Shown piece after piece: positions 11,237-23,282 of a stretch of 64,000 bases of DNA. The notes under the pieces were generated by a model. That model was not told the origin of the DNA. It did not search any database and saw only the letters and a list, made by a program, of their open reading frames with translations. The stretch is from Octopus vulgaris (Eukaryota): assembly GCA_951406725.2 (NCBI GenBank), contig OX597827.1:80476001-80540000 (forward strand), in the 5' to 3' direction. A program made the translations under genes and the position numbers. Position 1 is the first letter of the stretch. Every line of letters starts with the position of its first letter.

Positions 11237-11548
11237 TCATCATCATCATCATTTAATGTCCATTTTCCATGCTGGCATGGGTTGGACGGTTTGATTGAGG
11301 ACTGGCAAGCCCAGAGGCTGTACCAGGCTCCAATCTGATCTGGCAAGGTTTCTACAGCCGGATGCCCTTCCTAATGCCAACCATTCCGCCAGTGTAGTGG
11401 GTGCTTTTTACGTGACACTGGAACAAGGGCCAGTCAAGCACTACTGGCATCGACCATGCTTGAATGATGCTTTTTACGTGCCACCGGCACAGAAGCCAGT
11501 CAGGCACTGGCAATGACCACATTCGAATGGTGCTTTTTATGTGCCCTC
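11237..11548 (-). mobile_element. Retroelement/SINE-like 3' tail with internal TTTTTACGTGCCAC repeats
   Basis: (CAT)n tail and family consensus shared with 38200-38520 and 42345-42560. Confidence 0.7.
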
Positions 11549-12194
11549 TTATAGAATCCAAACCTATTGTTCTCTTGATTCCCATCTTTCATCCTCATCA
11601 CAAACTTCTTACACCATCTGTTACACCAATGCTTTTGACATCACAAAGCTATTTCCAAAGTTGAAGGTTCTCTATTGTTTCCTACTCTTGCTTTTTGTTT
11701 ACCCCCCACCCCTAACGTATTACTTTTACAGATGCATTGGCAACATTCATCATCAGCATCATCATTTAGCATCCATTTTCCATGAGTTGGATGGTTTGAC
11801 TGAAAACTGGTGAAGTGGGGAGCTGCCTCAGGCTCCAATCTGATTCCCATTATAATCTTCTCAAATGCTTGAGTTTCTGAATCACACATAAAAGTAGGGA
11901 CCTGCAACCAGTTTCCCCAAAAGTCTCCCTAGTCAGCATCTTTGCTAATATGAGTTACCTGTTCTTATGTACATATCATTTATTAGACTTCTGTGGAAAC
12001 TGGTTCACAAAGAGGCATACTTCCACTGCCATATCTCCCTGCCTTCCGATTATCTTTCATGTCTCTATGAAAAGTTACAGGTTTTAAAAAATTGTCTTTA
12101 CATCTTTTCCAGTAATAATACATAAAATAAAAAAGAAATTCTCCCATAATACCTAATATCTCTTTATAGGCATAGGACAAAAGGGTGAAGACCC

Positions 12195-12522
12195 CCTTCA
12201 GTCATGACTGACCATAGGACTGCACCTAGAAACTTCCCCTCCATGGCACAAGTCCAGGCAAGGTTGTTTATGGAAGACCAGCAGTCGCCCATGCACACCA
12301 GCCTCCCCTTCCCACACTGCTAATGTTATCCAAGGGAAAGGCCAAGGGACCATGATACAGCTTGGCACCATTGATGTCACAATTCATTTCTACAACCGAG
12401 TGAACTGGAGCAACGTGAAATAAAGTGCCATGCCCAAAAACACAACACACAGCCTGGTCCGGGAATCGAACTCTCTACCTTATGATTTTGAGCCCGTCGC
12501 TCTAGACATTGAGCCATGCACC
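12195..12522 (-). mobile_element. SINE-like interspersed repeat
   Basis: GC-richer island ending in GGGAATCGAACTC (reverse B-box-like GAGTTCGATTCCC) typical of a tRNA-derived head. Confidence 0.55.
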
Positions 12523-13379
12523 TATAGATAATTACTTCAAAAATCTAGACCATAATTTAGATATGAGTATGTTAAAAATAATCTAACATTCATAAAAGAA
12601 AATCTAAAGCAAGACTGAGCAAAAATTGTGTTGAAAGAAATCATAAAAAGATTAGAAAAAAATTTCTATGTAAAAACAATATTGTCTTTATGTCCTGATA
12701 AGAATTGAAATGTGACTATTTGTATATTTTAAAATGATATATATTTCTACAATTCGACTTAAGTATGTTACTAACATTAAAACTGAAATCTTCATTTGCA
12801 TTAGATTAATTAAAGATTCGTTACAACATTCTGCCATTTGCATTAATAGCTCAGCAACTCCGACTCTCAACCTGTCCTCCATTATTCCCAACTAGAAATG
12901 TCTACACACATCCAACATGTCACTGCTAACAATCTATGCACTGTAACGATGTTTAAACATATTGTATCGTGTTTCTTAATATTTTATACCCAAAATTTCA
13001 TATGCCATCAACCATACAAAGAGATCAACTATATATTTATAAAGCAAAAAATCTTAAAGTAAAATGATTAGACATTCTACATTTACAGACTGCTTTCTAT
13101 TGTTATTGATCAATCTATGTAACAAATATCATACAGAAACAAAGCATACTGTTCCAGTTGAATAAAAGATATGTAATAAACATTTCAATCAACATCATAC
13201 AATCAATTAATCATGGTATAAAACAATAAAGGAAGCATTTCTGAAAAATACGTGTGGATTATTGTTCAATGTCTTTGTTCTCTTGTTAATACCATATGTA
13301 TTAAGTAAATACTGTATGTATTAAATCAGTGAGATTTATTACAAAAATGAGATTATAAAAAAATTAAATGGAAACTTAC

Positions 13380-13612
13380 CTTTTTAATAATTATATCATT
13401 GGTTATTCAGTGAGAAAGAGAAAGATGTATTGTTGTAGAAAGATCCATTGTAAGTGCTGCTGTAATGGTGTGACAATGGCTGTATGGTGATGGAGTAGTG
13501 TAGCACGTCAGGCAGAGAGTCTGCTGCTAGGAGAGGGTTGCATGTGTTGTATGTTTGCAGAAGTACATCCACCTAATAATATCCTGTATGTATTTATCCT
13601 TAAAGATGATGT
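13380..13612 (-). other. Leader exon copy B (for gene 1)
   Basis: Conserved core, AG|GTAAGT donor at 13379; carries 1-nt and ~10-nt deletions relative to other copies, so non-coding. Confidence 0.7.
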
Positions 13613-13709
13613 TTGTTATTTAGGTATATATTTTGAGCAGTTACAATATTATAGAGTGAAACAGAACATAATTGTCTGGTTTAAAAACATCAGCAATGTG
13701 AGTGCTTAG

Positions 13710-13781
13710 CTTTGTTAGTGAATTTTTTTCTATGTTTTATTGTGGATTTGATTGGTTGAATGATTGTGACAGAAGACCAAT
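13710..13781 (-). promoter_or_regulatory. Candidate promoter module B
   Basis: ctttgttagtgaat; ttgattgg 13748-13755; ccaat 13777-13781. Confidence 0.6.
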
Positions 13782-14279
13782 GAAGAGGTTCTCTTTTTAC
13801 ATAGATTTGTTTTGAAGGGGCAGAAAAAAAGAATCTGGTGTTAATCATGCCTTCCTCCAGGTTAATGCTGTTAACTAGATATTGTTTTCACTTTATTTTT
13901 GGTAAAGTTGTAGAAAACATCAGTGCTTAGGTTTTAATCAAATTTACCAAATTTTTAAATCACAGAACAATAATTGTTCTGCTTGTAACCTTATATCAAT
14001 TTATAGAATTATACTATTTGGAGCGTACATTTCAGAATTACAATAAAAATCTGATTATTCTGATTTTTCATTTACTAACTTAAAAATATTATAATAATAA
14101 TCCTTATGAATTACATTAATTATTTCAGTTGAATATGAAACTCTCTAAGTCTGTTGAATTACAGAATATCATATTTAACTGGAGAAATGTTGATGCTTTT
14201 TAGCAAACTGTTATTTGGAATCTGCAGTTTTATATACAGTAAAGAAAAAAACAAAAAAATGGGTGTAACAATAAAAACA

Positions 14280-14356
14280 TTAGACATGTTTCACTGGTGT
14301 TTCTTCACTAGAATCTTTTGATGTTGATGCATCATTGTTTTTATAAATACTTTGAT
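14280..14356 (-). CDS. Pcdh: Protocadherin gene 2, terminal coding exon (DQSIYKNNDASTSKDSSEETPVKHV*)
   Basis: TTCCAG acceptor, 77 nt to stop, homologous in all units. Confidence 0.8.
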
Positions 14357-14675
14357 CTGGAATGAAGATAGAAAATATTTTTAAAGTTATTCATATAATC
14401 ATGTTTGAATTATATTGATTCTCAAAATTTAAATCGAAAATGATAAAATAAGAATGTTTTTGAATATGTAACTATGCAAAATAAATATTGGAAGGGATGA
14501 GAAAGCAAAGTTTCAAAATAGGAATTCTTACAGGAATGAGGATCAGAAACAGAAATGTAATTAGTAATTTGTACTCATAGACAACTTTGTATAGTTTAGA
14601 AATAGTTCTGAAGACTATTATATATTTGAGGTGATAAAAAGATTAATAAAAAAAAGAATCAATGTACTTGTTAAC

Positions 14676-14829
14676 CTGATACTCCTGGTATTTCTTCATA
14701 ATGTTTCAAGTCTCCATGTCTACCACTTCTCTTGGATGACATTGTATCTGATGTATAGTTACAAACCATAGTAGCATTATCTTCCACAGCATCATCACTT
14801 GATGTCACCACAACAGGTTGACAGTATTT
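14676..14829 (-). CDS. Pcdh: Protocadherin gene 2, cytoplasmic exon
   Basis: Same 154-nt exon; donor GTTAAC. Confidence 0.85.
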
Positions 14830-15000
14830 CTGTTGACAAACAAACGATAAAGAAATGTGAGAAGACACCAAACAATGGAAGTTACAATCAACATGGAAAG
14901 AGAACAATTTAATATTGGAATGTATTATGGAAGTTAAAACATATTCAAAGAGATTTCATTGTTCACTTTTACAGAGAGAAAATGTAATGTTTCCACTTAC

Positions 15001-17376
15001 TGGGGTAGGTTTTGGTAAAGTTCTCGACTGAACTGAAGATTCATATTTGTTCTGTAGCTGACCTTCTGCATAACATTCACTCTTAGATCTCTCAGAATAG
15101 ATATTCCGCTTCACCATCTCTTCTGCATTCCTCGACATAGCAACAGAAGTGTTAGTCTGGTACAACAATTGTTTCATCTCTGCTCTACCTTGGTAGGCTG
15201 TATTCTTTGTGGCAGCAGCTGTGTTATCTCTGTGTTTAATACATTTCATAATACACAGCGTTATAGAAACAACAATCGCCACTGATATTATTACTGCTGA
15301 TGATACAATGATAATAACCCATGTCATATGGACCCGACCTGAAGATTGTAAAGGTCCACTCTTCGACATTGGTGACGTCTCGTTACTAACAGCCAACACC
15401 AAAGTCACACTAGTTGTTGACGACTGAACTGGACTACCACTGTCCTTCACAACAAACACCAGCTCATAACTTCCAGCATCATTTAGATAAACTTGTCTGG
15501 AGAAGGATAAAGCACCACTGTGTGAGTTCATACTAAACAACTGTTTATCATTTCCTTGTATGATTGCATATCTGAGGAAAGCATTGTTTCCACTGTCCCC
15601 ATCAGAGGCTCTCAAAACTGTGATGTCACTCTTACTCTGCGGATGGTACTGCACATTTAGCGTGTAAGGGTCACTACTAGGATATGTAAAATACGGAGCA
15701 TTGTCATTTTGATCTAGAATCTCAACAACAACATTCGCTGTGTCATTCAGAGATGGGCTTCCATTGTCTTTGACAAAAACCTCAAACTTATACACATCTT
15801 GTTTCTCTCTGTCCAATGACATGGTCGCTGAAATGAAGCCATAACTGGTGATGAGAAATGGGAGATTGGATTTTTCTTTACGCAGCAGAGAATATGTGAG
15901 TTGTCCAGCTGATCCAAGATCAGGGTCAGTGGCATTGACAAAACCAATAGGGAAGTCTTTATCTTTGTTTTCGTAGGTGAGGAATTGGAATGTATCTTTG
16001 GTAAACTGTGGTTGTACATCGTTGATGTCAGTCACTTGGATAGAGAGGCTTTTAACACTTTTAAGAGGAGGTAATCCTTTATCTTGACAGGAGACAGGAA
16101 TGTTATAGTGTCCTTGTGTTTCTCTGTCCACTGGTTTGTTTAGAATGATTTTATATTCTTTAGATCCCATTGACTGTAGTTTGAATGTATCATGTTTGAT
16201 ATCACAGCTGACCTCTCCATTTTGTCCCACATCATTGTCAGTGACCATGACATAAGCAATGAAACTACCGACTTTGATGTTTTCAGAAATGGTAGCTGTG
16301 TTGTCATTGATTGCAGAAACATAATCAATATCAATATTTGGAGGGTTGTTGTGTTGGTTGATAACATTTACCAAAACTGTTGCTATAGAACTAAAGGGTG
16401 GGCTGCCCCCATCTCTGGCTTCTATAAACAATTCATAAGTTTTTTTTTTACTCAGACTTGAATATTTGCTTAATGAAATGTTCCCGTTGTTTTCATTTAA
16501 CTGAAAATAGCTTTTTGCTAAATCTGATGTTTTTGGACTGAAATGGAAAGTAATTTTACCATTTTCACCTGAATCAGCATCAGTTACAGATAAAACAATG
16601 ATGGGTTTAGACTTGTGATGTGTACTTTGTATGGATATATTATATAAAGGTTTAGAAAACTCTGGTGGGTTGTCATTTACATCTATTATCGAAATATTTA
16701 TATTCAAAATCCCTTGTTTTGCTGGTGAACCTCCATCTTTAGCTATGACCTGTAATAAATATGTATCTTTGATTTCTCTGTCTAATGATTCTTTTAAAAC
16801 TATATTAAGAGAAGAAATACCATCAGCTCTTTTAGACACTGACAGAGAGAATGGTTCTCCATTCTTTGATTTTAATTTATATTGTATCAATGAATTTTCG
16901 AATCCTACATCTTTGTCCATAGCATTTGGCAGAGATTGTTTTGTGCCTTTTCCATCTGTCTCAGAGAATTTCAAAGAAATTTGAGCTTTTGGAAATTCAG
17001 GGTGATGGTCATTGATGTCCTCTATTACTATTTTGATTTTTAATATTTTTGAAACACTGGTTCCTTTATTAACCACAACTTTCATAGTTCTGGAACATTC
17101 TTTGTTGAATGTGCAGAGATCTTCTGCATCCAGTGTCTGAGCAGTGTACAGTTTACCTGTTTTGGTGATGTTAAATAACTGTGCCACCTTTCGTTTGAAC
17201 TGACTGAATGTTATCAAATGTTGGTCAGATGGTTTAACATTGTCCAAAAGTTTAGAATCGGCAGCAATGTCTGCTACATATGTTCCTGGACTTCTCTCTT
17301 CTTCCACGTGGTAGGTAAGGTCTATGGTCAGGACACAGTGGACCAGCGACAATACAATACACAATGATAATAACAT
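15001..17376 (-). CDS. Pcdh: Protocadherin gene 2, main exon
   Basis: Six cadherin repeats + TM; start MLLSLCIV at 17376 (in-frame ATG also at 17388); acceptor TTTTAG|GTTCA with exon start at 17431. Confidence 0.95.
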
Positions 17377-17744
17377 GTTGTTGTTCATTGACAGTTCACC
17401 AAAGGATGTCCAGATATGCCTATATATGAACCTAAAATAAAAATATATAATCAATTTTTATTAATAATGAATTTTTTTTTCATAATTTATCAGGCAGGTA
17501 CATTGAAATATATACACACTCAAATTCTTTCCTAGAAGTAGTCGATAGTTTCTATTAACTAGGTGACTTACTTTGCTGTGGTGGGGGGTGCTCTAAAATT
17601 AGAGTATCTATGTTAAATAATGATCAGGATGCTATAATCTCTGCTGGCACCAAAGAGCTTCTCTTCAGAGTGATAGGCAGAGTGCATGGTGCTTGTGTGC
17701 CAAGTGCAATGCTGCATGGCAGTGGGCTATAAAGTTTGCATAGA

Positions 17745-17975
17745 GAGGCAGTGAGCTGGCAGAAACGGAGCTCGACAGCCGAAATGCTTTGTGGTATTTT
17801 GTCTGCTGTTACGTTCTGAGTTCAAATTCCATCAAGGTTGACTTTACCTTTCATCCTTTCGGAGTCGATTAAATAAGTACCAGTTATGCACTGGTGTCAA
17901 TGTAATCAACTTAATCCCTTTGTCTGTCCTCGTTTGTCCTCTCTATGTTTTGTCCCATGTGGGCAATAAAGACAT
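17745..17975 (+). mobile_element. SINE-like repeat (GAGTTCAAATTCC...GACTTT(A/G)CCTTTCATCCTTTC family)
   Basis: Related copies at ~19390-19595, ~31290-31410 and reversed at ~44940-45020. Confidence 0.65.
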
Positions 17976-19389
17976 AAATATAGAGGATTTTCAAAAACCA
18001 GAAAAGAAATAAAACAAACATGCTCTTTTGGATATATTATGTTAATATGTATGGACACCAAAGTAGAAACGAGCTGAGAGAAAAGCTGAGTAGAAGAGAA
18101 ATCAGATGTAATTTGCACGTGAAACAACTGCACTTGTATGGGCCAGCAACGAATATGGAGGACAGATGTATGAGAAAGTACTGAGAGCTCAAAGTGAGCG
18201 GAGCCTGCAGATTTGGAAGATCATGATGTTGCATTTCACAGAGATGACAAAGGACTGTGTTGCCTGGCAACGTGCAATGCTGGAGAAAATCCAACCACTT
18301 GTACAAGCTTGGCAAAATCTATATTAAGATGGATTTGGAGCAATGGAAGTTGAGATATGTAATACATTTAGATCTTTTGCCCGTTTTGTTTCTGCTAAGC
18401 CTCCATCTGATATCATTTGAATTCTCTCATCTCTGTTACTCTCTCTCTTGTTCCTTTCATTATGCCACCCATCACACTTACCAATTACCATTTCTACAAC
18501 TACACCCATACTTTCTTATCAGTAAACATACAGTGCCCCTCGTGGTTCAGTGTTTCACTCCCATCATGATGCATAAGTAGTGAGGACTTACACTGGGCCT
18601 ATTGGGGTTATGTATCTCTCCATTTACCTTCTTGTGCTATCTACCGTCTCTCCCTCTACCTCTCGTCAATCTTTTATTAATGTTCATCAATCTCTTTCCA
18701 TCACTCTCTCAACTATTCATCACTCATGCTCTCCCCCTTGCACTACCACTCCTTTCATCTACTTGCTATCCATCACACTCCCTTGCCACTGGCCACTTCT
18801 TTGACTCTCCATCACCTGTGCTTTCCTTTTGCTGGCAAACATATACCTCTGTCGTTAAATCCTACCTTTACTATCTTTCCTCGTTACTCCTCTCATCCTG
18901 TCACTTCCATCTCTACCCATTCCCCCACAACATCACCCCAACCACTATTTTCCTCCAATCAAACTCTCTTTTCTTTCTTCCTCTCACCCTGATTCATTTG
19001 CAATCACCCTCTCATCATCCCACTCGGTCACATTGCCCTCAACAAACAGAGACAACATAGTGTAGTGAAGATCCCTTCTTGTTTTGCAGGGTACAAGGCA
19101 ATCTCACTTTTGCTGGTGCCTGCCATGATAAAATACAATCTGCACACAGTAAACCTGTTGGCTGATGAGTGGGAACATTACCGGTTGGAGAAGCTGCCTC
19201 AGTCTTGTCTTATCATGCATATAACAACTTCTCTAGCGCTTCTACCATGAAAAATGCACCAGAACACTTTGTGAAGTGGCTCATGAATGAGAAGCAACAT
19301 TGCTTGATCAAGAAAACATTTTAGTTTTGCCTTATCGTTCATATTTTATGACTAGTAATATTCTCTCTCCTTATGATTCTTCATTAAAA

Positions 19390-19595
19390 TGGTAAGCTGG
19401 CAGAATTATTAGAATGCCAGACAAAATGCTTAGAGGCAGTTCATTCATGTTTACATTCAAATCCAACAAGGTTGACTTTGCCTTTCATCCTTTCAGAGTT
19501 GGTAAAATGAGTAGCAGTCAGGTACCGGGGTTGATGGAATTGACTTCCTCCTCCCTTCAAAAACTGCTAGCCCTGTACCAAAATTTAAAACCATT
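19390..19595 (+). mobile_element. SINE-like repeat, same family as 17745
   Basis: agctggcagaa...ttcaaatcc...gttgactttgcctttcatcctttc. Confidence 0.55.
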
Positions 19596-20205
19596 ATTCT
19601 TATTCCTCATTTTATAACAACTGGTGACCTGATGCTTCACTCTCACAGCAACCTTCTGAGAGCTGAGTCAGAACTTCACATGTTTTAGCAAACAACAATA
19701 AGTGCTGTTAGATACCAGTAATGTGTCTTTCATTTTGGCTAAATAGATATATATATGTGAATGTAAATGTGTAAATACGTGTGTACTTTCCTGCTTAGTT
19801 AATGTATGAAATTAGCATAATTTATTTGATTAGATATTTAAATTTTGTATATTTCAAAAGTCAATCACACATCTTAAAGATTTTCTCTACATTAACTCAG
19901 GATGCATTTGTGTTGTTTTCTTGGTTTTACATACATATACATATATATATATATATATATAATATGAGGGAATATTATTCCAAACTTACAGGGAAAAACT
20001 CAATTTAGAAATAGTAAATCAAATTTCACAAAATATAATATATATATATATAAATTAGAAAAAAAACCCCATCTTTTATCAATTCAAAAGAAAAATTAAA
20101 TTACACCATCTCGAAAATTACATATAACAGAAAGATTAAATATAAGATAGAAAATATAATGATGATTAAGTAATGTGCAAAATGATAAATAAAACGTATA
20201 TATTT

Positions 20206-20250
<45 letters not shown>

Positions 20251-20796
20251 AATTTACACAAAAATAGATGAAGACAGGTGTATAAACAACATATAGGTGT
20301 ATTCATTTAACATATGGGAAGATGAGAAAGTCTTTTATGTTTCAAGCCTATGCTCTTCAACAGAAAGGAACATGAGAAAAAAGTCCTATAATATAAACTT
20401 TTCAACTCATCCTCGTAGCATAGATAATGATGCAGGCATGATCATAGCATTTTCTTTAAAATCAGAAAATATATTGGTCCTGAAAAGCTAGCTTTTCATT
20501 TCCGTACAGCAAATATTCTCTCTATCTGAATATCAATGTTACTCTACAGAATTACATACTAAATCATATTGAAAGCTGCCAATTAATTAAGCAGCAAATT
20601 TTTTTAAGGCACTAAGGCCATTATTCACAAGAACTGTCCCAAAAATAATGCAAGGGGAACAGCATGATTAAATGAATTAAGTAGCAAAATTTCTTTTTTT
20701 TTTTTAAGACACTAAGGCCTATTAATTACACATGTTCATCAACACAAATACTGACCATCATCAAATAATATCCTCACCCAACTACTTATGCTCCTT

Positions 20797-20882
20797 CTGC
20801 TACTGCTGCAACTACTACTACTACTACTACTACTACTGCTGCTGCTGGTGGTGCTACTACTACTACTACTACTGCTACTACT
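20797..20882. repeat. (TAC/TGC)n trinucleotide microsatellite
   Basis: Direct reading. Confidence 0.9.
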
Positions 20883-21718
20883 TGTCTTTCTCTATCTCCC
20901 CTTTTTATTACCACTCTATTTCAATTCTTAGACACTATTCTAAACATTATAACTAATTGTTTACCTCAACTAATTCTTGCAGAAATTTCTTTGCCATGTG
21001 TTCCCAACTTTTATTAAGCTACAACCAAGGTATACATATTACCATAAGATAGAGAAGAATCTGAAACTCAGAGAAAATAACTAGACCTTGAATAAACAGA
21101 ATCATCTAACTAATGATTGTGTTCTTTGCTCGTTTATGTAACGATGAGAAAACGCAATAGAATATCTATTATCTAAGAACCAAAATTTAAGGACTGAAGA
21201 ATGAAAAAGAATTTTCAGAAAATAAGCATAAACAATGGCAACACTGAAATAAAATCTAAATATTTAAATCTATGTTTCCAAATGAAAAAATATCATTAAA
21301 CTGCATTTTCCTTCAGCACTTTATTTAGGTTTCCATTTATTTATTTGATAGACGTGACTCCTAGTCTGTTCACCATTTACTCAGATTAAAATCATTAACA
21401 CACCATTACTTCATAATTACTAACGGATTTAATGACACTGTAGCAAATTTATAACAGTTTATGTCAACCATCTTAACATATCTTTCACATACGACCTACT
21501 GTGGAGACACAACATAACATCTTATAATAAAAACAAACACTATAAAACTACATTATGTAGACAGACACAATATTGTTTCTGTAAGAGATAATGTTTAAAA
21601 ATTAAACACAGTCTCTTTGTCCTCTTGATAGTATTAAATATGCTAGAACAATATTTTACAGATTCAGTAAGATTTAATATATCAGACGAGATTATAAAAA
21701 GACTAAATATAAACTTAC

Positions 21719-21965
21719 CTTTTTAATAATTATATCATTGGTTATTCAGTGAGAAAGAGAAAGATGTATTGTTGTAGAAAGATCCATTGTAAGTGCTGCT
21801 GTGATGGTGTGACAATGGCTGTTATGGTGATGGAGTAGTGTAGCACGTCAGGCAGAGAGTCTGCTGCTAGGAGAGGGTTGCATGTGTCACTGAAGTTGTA
21901 CGTTTTCTGAGTGTACGTCCACCTGATATTATTCTGTGCATGTATTTAGCCTTAAAGAAGATGTT
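21719..21965 (-). other. Leader exon copy C (for gene 2)
   Basis: Conserved core, AG|GTAAGT donor at 21718. Confidence 0.7.
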
Positions 21966-22066
21966 TACTATTTACATGGATATATATTTAAATAGCTAGA
22001 ATTATGTTTATACTGAAACAGAACATAATTGTTTGGGATAATAACATTAGTGATGTGAAGGCTTGG

Positions 22067-22136
22067 CTTTGTTAGTGAATTGTTGTGTGTTTTATCCCGA
22101 ATCTGATTGGTCGAGTGATCGAAACAGGAGACCAAT
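22067..22136 (-). promoter_or_regulatory. Candidate promoter module C
   Basis: ctttgttagtgaat; ctgattgg 22103-22110; ccaat 22132-22136. Confidence 0.6.
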
Positions 22137-22583
22137 GAAGCTGCTCCCTTCATATTGATTTCTTTCCCTGATGAACATGGTCATATATTTAGGAGGTTGT
22201 GATGATCATGCTTTCCCACAGTGGCTGCCGGCTTAAGTTATAGCATTTATAGTTAATAATAATACTCCAAAGATGTCAGCTAACTTCATCTCATGGATAA
22301 ATAAAAAATCTCCCTTATGTACTTTTACACCATCAGAAGGAGAATTACACAAGCCCTGCAAAGGACACAGTAAACATGGCAAACCATATAGAATATAATC
22401 TCTGGTTATTGTTATCAAGAACACATAGAAAATTTGGTGTACTATGGAGTGCAATAAACATTCTTTCATTATATTAAAAACCTGACCTATTTTGCAATCA
22501 AAGGATAATTAAAAAAAAATGACTTATCTATATTATCTTTTTGCCTTTGATAATCTGTATTCTTATATAGAGTCTATAGCAAA

Positions 22584-22618
<35 letters not shown>

Positions 22619-22650
22619 GAAGAGTCTATATCTTGTATTTACAGGGAGTA

Positions 22651-22727
22651 TTATACATGTTTGATTGGAGTTTCTTCACTGGAATCTTTCGACGTAGTTG
22701 CATCATTATTCTTATATAAATTTTGAT
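22651..22727 (-). CDS. Pcdh: Protocadherin gene 3, terminal coding exon (DQNLYKNNDATTSKDSSEETPIKHV*)
   Basis: TTCCAG acceptor, 77 nt to stop. Confidence 0.8.
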
Positions 22728-22958
22728 CTGGAATTTAGATTGGAAACATGCATTACAAAATCACAGACTGCAGATTTCCTTAATTAATTGCTTAATGAGA
22801 AAGATGTAAAAACAATTCTGGAGGTTATAATCACAAAAAGTCAGTAAAAATCACTTAAGCAAAAAAGTAAATGAATTCTTTGTCAGAAAATGGAACTAAT
22901 AAAATGTTGATCATTCACAAGATACAAGATTTAAAATATTGCTAATGTAATTATTAAC

Positions 22959-23112
22959 CTGATACTCCTGGTATTTCTTCGTAATGTTTCAAGTTTCCTT
23001 GTCTACCACTTCTCTTGGATGACATTGTATCTGATGTATAGTTACAAACCATAGTAGCATTATCTTCCACAGCATCATCACTTGATGTCACCACAACAGG
23101 TTGACAGTATTT
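22959..23112 (-). CDS. Pcdh: Protocadherin gene 3, cytoplasmic exon
   Basis: 154-nt exon; donor GTTAAT. Confidence 0.85.
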
Positions 23113-23282
23113 CTGTTGACAAACAAACGAAAAGAAATGTGAGAAGACACCAAACAATGGAAGTTACAATCAACATGGATAGAGAACAATTTAATATTGG
23201 AATGTATTATTGAAGTTAAAACATATTCAAAGAGATTTCATTGTTCACTTTTACAGAGAGAAAATGTAATGTTTCCACTTAC

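Noticed and set aside
17389-17454. N-terminal extension of gene 2 (832 aa)
   Set aside because: Starts at a non-ATG codon upstream of the splice acceptor at 17431; paralogues start at the MxLS position.
18257-19060. Overlapping plus-strand ORFs rich in S/P/L/H
   Set aside because: CT-rich low-complexity repeat-derived sequence with no recognisable domain; similar tracts at 9270-9780, 28950-29500 and 41450-42080.
21968-22469. Repeated short ORFs MKGAASLV... and MKECLLHS... (also at 52890-53388 and 61076-61576)
   Set aside because: They result from recent duplication of the spacer; the middle copy is frameshifted and other units lack them.
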